Of a DNA stretch of 26,996 nt, positions 17,533-24,952 are shown piece by piece; within the stretch, counting starts at the first letter, position 1, and each line of letters starts with the position of its first letter. Source of the DNA: a virus. Its lineage: Duplodnaviria > Caudoviricetes. The DNA is taken from positions 1 through 26,996 of IMG/VR virus record IMGVR_UViG_3300028792_000009, one strand, 5' to 3'. The position numbers and the translations under genes are program-made. The notes below the pieces were generated by a model, which saw only the letters and a program-made list of their open reading frames with translations, did no database searches and was not told where the DNA came from.

Positions 17533-18339
17533 GTGATCGTTCGTCAGAGCACGCTCAAGACGTGGATGGAGTGCAACCTCAAGTACTACTGGCAGCACGA
17601 GCAGTCAGCACAACGTGACCAGTCGAGCGCGCTCTCATGGGGCTCGACCATTCACGAGGCGGTACTGGCGATGGAGGTCGCCGGTGATCTACAGGTAGGA
17701 CTCGACAAGTTCTGTGCGGTCTGGGATGACCTTCCGGCTCACGGCCTTGACTACGACTACCTCCTTCCCAGGAATACTCACCTGGGCTACCGAGAAATGG
17801 GGATCAACTCGCTCCGCGCATGGTGGGGGCTGATCCAGTGGGAAAGTGATGTCGTTCTCGGACGGGAGTACCCGTTCTCGGTTCCGTTGGGGACCCACAC
17901 GCTGACGGGCACCATCGACAAACTTGCGCTTCGTCAAATGAAGCACGGGGAGTGGGTGGTGCTGGTCAGCGATTACAAGACCAGCGCCAAAGCACCGACA
18001 CGCGATTATCTCGCACACGACATTCAGTTCTCGGCGTACTGCTACGCAACTACACAGCCCGAGTTTTGGGTCAACATCCCTGACGGGGATCTCTTGTACG
18101 AGAAGTACAAGGACGCTCGTCGGTTCGGTGAGTGGGCGCACCTGCGTACCACGAAGCGCATCGACGCTGGAGTGCGGGAGGACTACCACTACCGCCGCTT
18201 GCAGTACCTGATCGACAACATGGAGAACTCCATCGCCATGGGGATTTTCAACCCTCAGGTGACTGGTGCCTCCTGTGAATACTGTGAGTTCCGTAAGGTC
18301 TGTGGCCTTCCTTCCCGCGAGGAAGAGGGTCTGGAATGA
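17533..18339 (+). CDS. Cas4/RecB-like PD-(D/E)XK exonuclease
   Basis: N-terminal S.LKTW.EC, G..IH, E.PF, G.ID, DYKT, Q..AY and C-terminal C..C.F...C (four-Cys Fe-S staple). Confidence 0.9.
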   Translation: MIVRQSTLKTWMECNLKYYWQHEQSAQRDQSSALSWGSTIHEAVLAMEVAGDLQVGLDKFCAVWDDLPAHGLDYDYLLPRNTHLGYREMGINSLRAWWGLIQWESDVVLGREYPFSVPLGTHTLTGTIDKLALRQMKHGEWVVLVSDYKTSAKAPTRDYLAHDIQFSAYCYATTQPEFWVNIPDGDLLYEKYKDARRFGEWAHLRTTKRIDAGVREDYHYRRLQYLIDNMENSIAMGIFNPQVTGASCEYCEFRKVCGLPSREEEGLE

Positions 18340-18686
18340 GCGCAACGCTGGCCATTCAGAACCGCAATGCCGCAGTGGCTCAGGTTGCTGCGAACACTCA
18401 GCCCACATGGGCTGACGTTGCCTTCCGGGCGACAAAGTGGGTTGCCGAAAACAACTACACGTTCACATCTGACGACGTGTGGGACGCGGTGATCCAGTAC
18501 TACCCGCACATCACGACGCATGAGCCACGGGCGATGGGTCCTGTGCTCATGAAGGCAGCACGAGCAGGTTTCTGTGTACTCCTCGACTGCGACTCCTGCG
18601 GTACGCGCAAGGTGATGGTCATGTCGCGCCGTTCTCAGGCGAACGGCATGGACACACCGGTCTACCGCTCACTCATCAAGAAATAG
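18336..18686 (+). CDS. Conserved phage hypothetical protein, possibly DNA-binding
   Basis: ATGA overlap. FTSDDVW...EPRAMGPV...A...G...VYRSL pattern with an internal CDSC. Confidence 0.75.
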   Translation: MSATLAIQNRNAAVAQVAANTQPTWADVAFRATKWVAENNYTFTSDDVWDAVIQYYPHITTHEPRAMGPVLMKAARAGFCVLLDCDSCGTRKVMVMSRRSQANGMDTPVYRSLIKK

Positions 18687-18741
18687 GCATCTGACCAAAC
18701 TGCATCAGGCATATGGCAGACGCATGACGCAAAGAGAGTAG

Positions 18742-20151
18742 GTGAAAATGGCAGCATTTGCATTCCAGCGGACGGGCGACGCGAACTACCCGCGCACCAT
18801 GAACATCCTGCTGATGGGTCCCCCGAAGTCGGGCAAGACCACGTTCATCAGCACGATGCCCAACGTCGTTGTCGCTGACTGCGAAGCGGGCCTCATGTCC
18901 ATCGCCCACCTGAACGTGCCTTACGTCCAGGTGGACGGGACCGACAAGTTGCAGACTCTGCTCCTCATCCTCGGCGACGAGAAGATGCGCAAGCAGCAGG
19001 CTGCGAACATGGGACTGCCTGACATCGAGAGTGTTGCCATCGACACGACTGATGCGCTCCAGGAACTCATGAAGAAGGAGATCCTGCGGGAGAACCGTCG
19101 CACGCAGTTCCAGCGTGACGACTGGGGTGTTCTCAAGGAGCGCATGAACAGTGTGCTCAAGGCGTTCGCCGCTCTGCCGATCAACGTCGTGTTCACGGTG
19201 CACACCGAGGTCACGCAGGATGAGAACGGCAAGCAGATCTACGCGCCGGGTCTCCAGGGTGCGATCAAGAACGAGATCGCTGGCCTCGTGGACTTCTCTC
19301 TGATGACCTTCCGTCAGAAGGAGACCGACGCGCAGGGCGTCTCGAAGATCGTCTACTACCTCAAGAACGAGGGCGACGACAAGAACCCACACCTGGGCAA
19401 CCGGGCGCAGGGTCGTGTGCCGGAGATCTGTGAGCCGAACTTCCAGACGCTCCACGCGCTGACGTTCTCGGGCATCAACCCGAGCGTCATCGAGGAGCAG
19501 CCGGAACTGACGACCGTCGAAATGCCAGCGACGCTGGGCATCCCGCAGCCACCGGCTCAAAGTGTGAGCCAGCCTGCCGCACCTGCTGGACCGCCTCCGG
19601 TCAACGACGCTGACCAGCCGATCAACGCTGGCGGCATCACGATGCTGACTAAGGAGTACGCCGCACAGGGACTGGTCAAGCCGACCGATCTTGACCAGTG
19701 GACGCTTGGAAAGGCGCGTTCCATCGCCAAGTTCTTCACGGCATGGAAGGCTGACATGACGGTCGGCAAGTCCTCGAAGGAGGAGTTGATCGGCTTCCTC
19801 CAGGCGGCAGAGGCGTACGTCGCCACTGTCGAAGAGGTTTCGCCGCCCGTCCAAACACCTGCTAAGGCTGCTGCGACCGCCTCGACCGAGGTTGCACAGC
19901 CCGAGCCGGTTGCCGATACGACCTCCACGCCTGAGTCAGAGGCACCTCCTGTGCCCGACGACAGCAAGGCCGCAGTTGCTCTCGTCCAGGAGCAGTTGGG
20001 CGGAAAGGTCATCGGCATGGAGATCGCAGAAGACGCGAAGTGCGAAGTCTGCGGCAACCAGATCGACGATCCCGACATTGCTCGACTCGGTTGGGGCCGT
20101 CTCCAGAAGGTGCTCTGCGTATCTGACTACAAAGACCTGATCAAGAAGTAG
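18742..20151 (+). CDS. Sak4-like AAA_24 P-loop ATPase (ssDNA-annealing recombinase) with a long C-terminal extension
   Basis: Walker A GPPKSGKT, ADCEAG, Walker B VAIDT, DWG and VVFTVH. Lies between the nuclease and the SSB. The start is GTG 18742 or ATG 18748. Confidence 0.85.
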   Translation: MKMAAFAFQRTGDANYPRTMNILLMGPPKSGKTTFISTMPNVVVADCEAGLMSIAHLNVPYVQVDGTDKLQTLLLILGDEKMRKQQAANMGLPDIESVAIDTTDALQELMKKEILRENRRTQFQRDDWGVLKERMNSVLKAFAALPINVVFTVHTEVTQDENGKQIYAPGLQGAIKNEIAGLVDFSLMTFRQKETDAQGVSKIVYYLKNEGDDKNPHLGNRAQGRVPEICEPNFQTLHALTFSGINPSVIEEQPELTTVEMPATLGIPQPPAQSVSQPAAPAGPPPVNDADQPINAGGITMLTKEYAAQGLVKPTDLDQWTLGKARSIAKFFTAWKADMTVGKSSKEELIGFLQAAEAYVATVEEVSPPVQTPAKAAATASTEVAQPEPVADTTSTPESEAPPVPDDSKAAVALVQEQLGGKVIGMEIAEDAKCEVCGNQIDDPDIARLGWGRLQKVLCVSDYKDLIKK

Positions 20152-20163
20152 GAGAAGAGACGA

Positions 20164-20712
20164 ATGGCGAAATACACACTGGAAGAGGCACCGGAGTACG
20201 TCGTACTCCCGGTGGACTCGATCATCCAGGTCACATGCACTGAGATCAACGAGAAGCAGGTTCCTGGCAAGGACGGCAAGGACGGCTGGGTGAAGTTGGA
20301 GTTCACCTTCCAGATCGACTCCGTGCCGAACAACATCGAGGGTGGCAGCACCATCGAGGGTTCGAAGATCTGGGGCTCTGTCCCGGCTCGCTTCACGACG
20401 CACCCTGACAACAAGTTGCGTCAGTGGACTGCGGCGCTGCTCGGGATGGACCTGAACGAGGGCTTCGAGTTGGACACCGACATCCTGCTCAACCGCAAGG
20501 CTCGTGCCGTCATCGGTCAGTACCAGAAGCAGAACGGCAACTTCCAGCACCAGGTGAAGGGTCTGCTGCCGCTCGTCCCGTCAGCGGCTCCGCAGCCTGT
20601 GCAGGCGCAGCGCCCCGGTGACATCGCGTCGGAGGCGCTGGCTCGTGCCGCTGCTCCGCTGACGCCGCAGCCGGTGCTCTCCAGCGGCTGGGACGACGAG
20701 CCGCCCTTCTAG
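20164..20712 (+). CDS. Phage single-stranded DNA-binding protein (DUF669/gp2.5-like OB fold)
   Basis: Follows the Sak4-like gene. Beta-rich core, Pro/Gln/Ala linker and acidic tip WDDEPPF. Confidence 0.75.
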   Translation: MAKYTLEEAPEYVVLPVDSIIQVTCTEINEKQVPGKDGKDGWVKLEFTFQIDSVPNNIEGGSTIEGSKIWGSVPARFTTHPDNKLRQWTAALLGMDLNEGFELDTDILLNRKARAVIGQYQKQNGNFQHQVKGLLPLVPSAAPQPVQAQRPGDIASEALARAAAPLTPQPVLSSGWDDEPPF

Positions 20713-20724
20713 GCCGCTCAACAC

Positions 20725-20759
20725 GGAGGCGGGCTTGCCTCGACCGCAAGCCCGCCTCC
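20725..20759 (+). terminator. Perfect 14-bp hairpin (attenuator, terminator or mRNA-stabilising stem)
   Basis: GGAGGCGGGCTTGC (20725-20738), 7-nt loop, GCAAGCCCGCCTCC (20746-20759). No U-tract. Confidence 0.65.
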
Positions 20760-20804
20760 CCAGCACAACCGTCCCGTCCACCCGGAGAAGAGAAGTAGGA
20801 AGAC

Positions 20805-22982
20805 ATGGCACGTCTGGTGCTGGTTGGCGACCAGCGTAAGTCCCAATCCGAACAAAAGTCCAGTCATCGTCATGCGCCCACCGAAGGTGAGGCTGCGAAG
20901 ATGCTGCTGGAGGCTCACGACTACCCGGCGCGTGCGACGAAGCAGGGCGGTCAGTACCAGTTCCGCTGCCCCTTCCACGAAGAGCCTGGACCTCTGGGTC
21001 GTGGCGAGAAGACCAACTTCTACGTCGATTCGAACACCAGTCAGTACTACTGCCAGTCAGCGTCGTGCGCTGAGAAGGGCAACCTGCTGACGCTGGAGCG
21101 GTTCTTCGGCGTCGCCAACGACCCGAGCCTCAACACCGTCTACACGTCGCTGGAGCAGCGCCTCAAGCAGTTCGAAGCGCAACTCCCGAAGGGAGACCGT
21201 CGCAAGCCCTTCTACGACAAGGGCCTGACTGACGCGACCATCGAGCGCTTCCGCTTCGGCTACGACCAGGACAAGGGTCACTATGTCCTGCCGTATCTGG
21301 AGGGTCGCCGACCGGTCGCGTTCCGTTACTACTCGCCTGAGGGCAACGGCCCGAACGGTTCGAAGTACTGGTGGGAGTCAGGAACAGAGGCCCGTCTGTA
21401 CAACGCTGGTGACGGCATCGGTCACCAGGTCACCGGCGAGGTGTTCATCGCTGAGGGTGAGGCGAAGGCTGCGCTGCTGTGCCAGTTGGGCTACGCCTCG
21501 GTGGCGATCCCCGGTGCTTCCATGTGGAAGCCGGAGTGGTCGCAGGCTTTCAACCTCGCCAAGAAAATCTACGTGTGTCTGGATAACGACAACCCGGACT
21601 TCCACAAGTACAAGAACTGCCGGAAGTGCGGCACTGTCGAGCCTGAGGACTGCCATGGCCACAACCCAGGCCAGGAGAACGCTGCGAAGTTGATGGACCT
21701 GTTCGGCCATCGTGCGCAGAACGTCGTGCTCCCGCTCTCTGCTGACGAGAACGGCGAGGCGTACAAGAAGACCGACATCAACGAGTACTTCATGCGTGAT
21801 GGCGGCAACGGCAACGACTTTGCTGCGCTGGCCATGGGCCACGGCAAGACCAGCCCGTTCGTCGTCCGCTCTCTCAAAGACATCCGCGAGAACCCACCGG
21901 ACGAGGCGGTGTTCCTGGTCGACCAGGGTCTGCTTCCGAAGGGCGGTCGTCTGCTGGTGACCGGTGCTCCGAAGGCCGGTAAGTCGATCTTCGTGGAGAA
22001 CCTTGCACTGAGCATTGCGTCGGGCATCCCGTTCCTGCGCCGGTTTAACATCGCCAACACCAATCCGACACCCGGTCACCGCGTGCTGCTGCTGGACCGT
22101 GAGTTGTCAGAGCGCAGTTTGTTCGACCGTCTGAATGCACTGATCGCTGAGCGTCCTGGCTACGCGGCGGCTGAGGACAAGTTGCTGATCGACCACAAGA
22201 TGCAGTTCCGTCTGGACGAGCCAGACGCTGCCACGCACCTGATCGGTCTCATCCAGGCGAACCAGGCTGAGGTCGTCATCCTCGACACGGCCTACAAGTT
22301 CTTCTCCGGTGACATGGAGAGCAGCAAGAACGTTGCGAAGGCGCTCGCAACGCTGGACGCCGCGATCATGGAGACCGGTGTCTCGGTCATCCTCACGCAC
22401 CACCACCGCAAGAAGAGCGGCAACATGAACGGCAAGGAAGCCGCTCCTGACCCAGACAGCGTGGTCGGTTCGTTCCTGTGGACCGGCTGGCCGAACGGCA
22501 CGGTGCTGCTCAACTTCCTGAACCGCCGCGTCGAGTCGCCGTTCAACACGATCTGCTCGTTTGCTGCCTTCCGTGACGCTGCACCGCCCGACCCGCTGGC
22601 GCTGTACCGCGACAAGGAGTCCATCGCCTACACGTCTGTCGTGCCGTACTCCTTTGATGACGACGACAGCGGTAACGGCAACGCATGGTCGCCGGACAAG
22701 AAGAAGTTGGACTACGACAACATGGCCAACTTTGTCCTGGAGAACGTGCCAACCACCGAAGAAGACCTGCTGCACATGGCTGCTGGTGCCTTCGGAGTGA
22801 AGACCGACACGGCGCGCCTCGTTCTCTTGGACGTGCTCGACCGCCATCCTGACTTCTTCAAGGACGGTCGCGGCACTCGCAACTCTCCGTACATGGTCAA
22901 GTACAAGTACGACAAGGAAGAAGAGCCGTACACGGCTCCGGAAGTGGACATGGGCACGCAAACAGAGATTGGAATGCCATGA
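20805..22982 (+). CDS. Primase-helicase: zinc-binding domain, TOPRIM and SF4/RepA-like (AAA_25) helicase
   Basis: CPFH...YYC...C, FIAEGE.KA, CLDND, KTDINEY, Walker A GAPKAGKS, Walker B VVILD and THHHRK. Confidence 0.92.
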   Translation: MARLVLVGDQRKSQSEQKSSHRHAPTEGEAAKMLLEAHDYPARATKQGGQYQFRCPFHEEPGPLGRGEKTNFYVDSNTSQYYCQSASCAEKGNLLTLERFFGVANDPSLNTVYTSLEQRLKQFEAQLPKGDRRKPFYDKGLTDATIERFRFGYDQDKGHYVLPYLEGRRPVAFRYYSPEGNGPNGSKYWWESGTEARLYNAGDGIGHQVTGEVFIAEGEAKAALLCQLGYASVAIPGASMWKPEWSQAFNLAKKIYVCLDNDNPDFHKYKNCRKCGTVEPEDCHGHNPGQENAAKLMDLFGHRAQNVVLPLSADENGEAYKKTDINEYFMRDGGNGNDFAALAMGHGKTSPFVVRSLKDIRENPPDEAVFLVDQGLLPKGGRLLVTGAPKAGKSIFVENLALSIASGIPFLRRFNIANTNPTPGHRVLLLDRELSERSLFDRLNALIAERPGYAAAEDKLLIDHKMQFRLDEPDAATHLIGLIQANQAEVVILDTAYKFFSGDMESSKNVAKALATLDAAIMETGVSVILTHHHRKKSGNMNGKEAAPDPDSVVGSFLWTGWPNGTVLLNFLNRRVESPFNTICSFAAFRDAAPPDPLALYRDKESIAYTSVVPYSFDDDDSGNGNAWSPDKKKLDYDNMANFVLENVPTTEEDLLHMAAGAFGVKTDTARLVLLDVLDRHPDFFKDGRGTRNSPYMVKYKYDKEEEPYTAPEVDMGTQTEIGMP

Positions 22983-23197
22983 GTATCGAATCTGGATGGG
23001 TGTTCGATCCCGTCCCGAAGCACGTCTGCATCACGCCGACGCAGGCTGACATGCAGGGCCACTTCGAAGGCGCGATCTGGAAGTGCGGTGACTGCGGGCT
23101 CTTCCAGGAGTTGTTCTGGGACAGCGACAAGCGCGAGAAGGCGCTGCGTCCTCTCTCTCCTGTGAGTGCTGAGGCACGCATGGCTGGTGCCGCGTGA
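22979..23197 (+). CDS. Hypothetical small protein with HxC...CxxC
   Basis: ATGA overlap with the primase-helicase. HVC...WKCGDCG. Confidence 0.7.
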   Translation: MSIESGWVFDPVPKHVCITPTQADMQGHFEGAIWKCGDCGLFQELFWDSDKREKALRPLSPVSAEARMAGAA

Positions 23198-23442
23198 GCG
23201 ACACCTTCTACCTCGGAAATCTGAATGCCCGTCCGTTGACGGTGAAGTTGGAAGGGCTGCCTACGCCCGTGTTCAACAGCACCGTCAGCACCACCCGCTC
23301 GAACCGTGTGGAGGCTCTGTACGCCGCGCTGGCGTACCACCGGGACCATCAGGACGACACCGTGCCTGACGTGGAGGAGATCTGCGGGACCGCTGGCGTC
23401 TTCGAGTACTACTTGGACAAGGGTGAGTTCCCCGCAGGCTGA
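23194..23442 (+). CDS. Hypothetical protein (82 aa)
   Basis: GTGA overlap with the upstream gene and typical codon bias. Confidence 0.7.
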   Translation: MSDTFYLGNLNARPLTVKLEGLPTPVFNSTVSTTRSNRVEALYAALAYHRDHQDDTVPDVEEICGTAGVFEYYLDKGEFPAG

Positions 23443-23557
23443 GGTCTGCGACGGGTGCTGGAAGCGTGGCGTCTGTAGCGCTCCAGGAACCTGTCGTTGC
23501 CCTTGCACCCGAGATGGCTGGCTGCACGCCGATGACCCGCGTGCGCGGCCTACATGA
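23423..23557 (+). CDS. Small Cys-rich protein (44 aa)
   Basis: GTG 23423 in the 23306-23557 frame gives MSSPQAEVCDGCWKRGVCSAPGTCRCPCTRDGWLHADDPRARPT. The stop overlaps the next ATG (ATGA). Confidence 0.55.
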   Translation: MSSPQAEVCDGCWKRGVCSAPGTCRCPCTRDGWLHADDPRARPT

Positions 23558-23796
23558 GCACACCGGATCTGCCTACCAGTGGTCGTGAGTTCCACACCCT
23601 CAAGTGCTCCACCTGTAAGAGGGACACCAGGGTGTTGACCACGACCCCGAAGGCGACGTGTCGCTGGTGCCGCACGACGTGCTCATCCTGCGGCTCTGAC
23701 GCCATCACCGACGAACAGATGCGTGTCTTTATTCATCGCACCTGTCACGCATGTGGCTTCCTCAGCGTCATGCCTCCCGTACCGGAGGACAAGTGA
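23554..23796 (+). CDS. Double zinc-ribbon-like protein (80 aa)
   Basis: Four CxxC pairs (CSTC, CRWC, CSSC, CHAC), with overlapping start and stop at both ends. Confidence 0.7.
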   Translation: MSTPDLPTSGREFHTLKCSTCKRDTRVLTTTPKATCRWCRTTCSSCGSDAITDEQMRVFIHRTCHACGFLSVMPPVPEDK

Positions 23797-23978
23797 GTCA
23801 GATGCTGCTGCTATGCGCAGCGTGTATCGCTGCCCGTCCGAACGATCAGGACGCTGCGTTCGGCAGTGAGTGGGCCACCACGATCTACCGAGGCAACGCT
23901 CTGTGTCTGACGCACTTCCGTGAGGTTCGCGTAAAGGAGCAAGACGCAGCCTTGCGTGCTGCAAATCCTCCCGCTTAG
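23793..23978 (+). CDS. Small zinc-finger-like protein (61 aa)
   Basis: RBS GGAGG and GTGA overlap at 23793. CAAC...A.TIY.G.ALC..H. Confidence 0.7.
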   Translation: MSQMLLLCAACIAARPNDQDAAFGSEWATTIYRGNALCLTHFREVRVKEQDAALRAANPPA

Positions 23979-24660
23979 GAAAACAACTTCACAGGCTTAC
24001 GTATCAGCCGTAAATAAATGCGGCCCGAGTCTTTATGTATCGGGTAAACCCCCGTTGTAGGGTTCTACTGCTGTGCCCAGCCAGGGGCAAAAGAAATACG
24101 GTGCAAGACAAACGCGGAAAGACGGCGGCTCGCTCGAACCTTTGAGCGAGTGAGGGGCCGGTGGCGGTTCCAAGCCGCAGGCTTGGTCCCCCGGAAGGGT
24201 CGGGCCGAAGGCCGCTCCACACATCAAGCGGCTAGAGCACACAGATGATCAAGCATCCTGGAGAAGTGGCTCACTGATGGAGCCGGATCCCTTACACCAC
24301 AGGGCTTCCTGGAAGCAAGGCCGTTCGTCGTTCCAGGACGCTGACCAGCGAGTTCAGGTGCTCTTGGCCCTCCGGGCAGGGTCAGGGGCTACGCCCCCGA
24401 CACCCCCATGCGGCTTGTCCACAGGGTTGTTCACATGTCCACAGGGACACATCGCTGAATCCGGCAAAGTGAACATTCTAGGAGGGTGCACACACGTATC
24501 AGGAGGGTGTACGGTCGATGTGCGCGTGTGACGGGAGTCACTCAACGCCCACGATCAAGTAGTTCTTCTGGACAGTACCGATCAAGACCGGTGTGTGTGA
24601 GCCTGTAACTCCTCCGCACACTTTTACTGGGCTTTTCTTATTCACCTCTCAAGACCTTGG
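23979..24660. other. Long structured non-coding region (candidate replication origin and/or ncRNA)
   Basis: No convincing ORF. About a dozen consecutive short inverted repeats, AT-rich patches, DnaA boxes and short direct repeats. Confidence 0.5.
24415..24443 (+). promoter_or_regulatory. Three tandem DnaA-box-like 9-mers
   Basis: TTGTCCACA (24415-24423, exact actinobacterial consensus), TTGTTCACA (24427-24435) and ATGTCCACA (24435-24443). Confidence 0.65.
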
Positions 24661-24674
24661 AGGTCACCCGCTTC

Positions 24675-24860
24675 ATGAGCACAAAGACATCTCCGTTCCT
24701 TTTGACGGAGGACGCTCTGGATCGTCTCAAGACTGCTGCGGTGGCCCACGGGGAGCCTGCGGTGGTGGATCTGATCGGCTGGTACGAGCAGGCTGCGGAG
24801 TCTGCCAACGAGTTCGCCACCATGATCACCGCCGAGATGGAACACTTCGGCGTCGTCTAG
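24675..24860 (+). CDS. Hypothetical acidic protein (61 aa)
   Basis: RBS GGAGGT at 24659-24664 and ATG 24675. MSTKTSPFLL...EHFGVV. Confidence 0.7.
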   Translation: MSTKTSPFLLTEDALDRLKTAAVAHGEPAVVDLIGWYEQAAESANEFATMITAEMEHFGVV

Positions 24861-24952
24861 ACCTGCACGAACGACGTGCAGGGAACTCGACCTCTCTTCA
24901 CGTCGGCCAACTGTCGACCCAAGTCCTCTCAAGGGACTGACTGGAGAAGAGA

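Noticed and set aside
17418-17618. 66-aa TTG-start ORF before the nuclease
   Set aside because: It overlaps the nuclease by 86 nt, starts within the putative promoter, and has no recognisable features.
17533-18339. Cas4-like gene as evidence of CRISPR-Cas
   Set aside because: There is no repeat-spacer array and no other cas gene. Solo Cas4-like nucleases are routine in phage recombination modules.
18687-18741. Four GCAT words and weak dyad symmetry upstream of the ATPase gene
   Set aside because: Too short and irregular to distinguish from chance.
24085-24215. CGGTGCAA and GGAAGG words reminiscent of a cobalamin riboswitch upstream of nrdJ
   Set aside because: The GGGAA, AxTCCG, GCCACTG and B12-box elements are missing, and the site is over 700 nt from nrdJ with another gene between. 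An Rfam scan would settle it.
24277-24545. ORFs 24277-24531 (+) and 24354-24545 (-) in the non-coding region
   Set aside because: No clear RBS, atypical composition, and they run through the hairpins and DnaA boxes.
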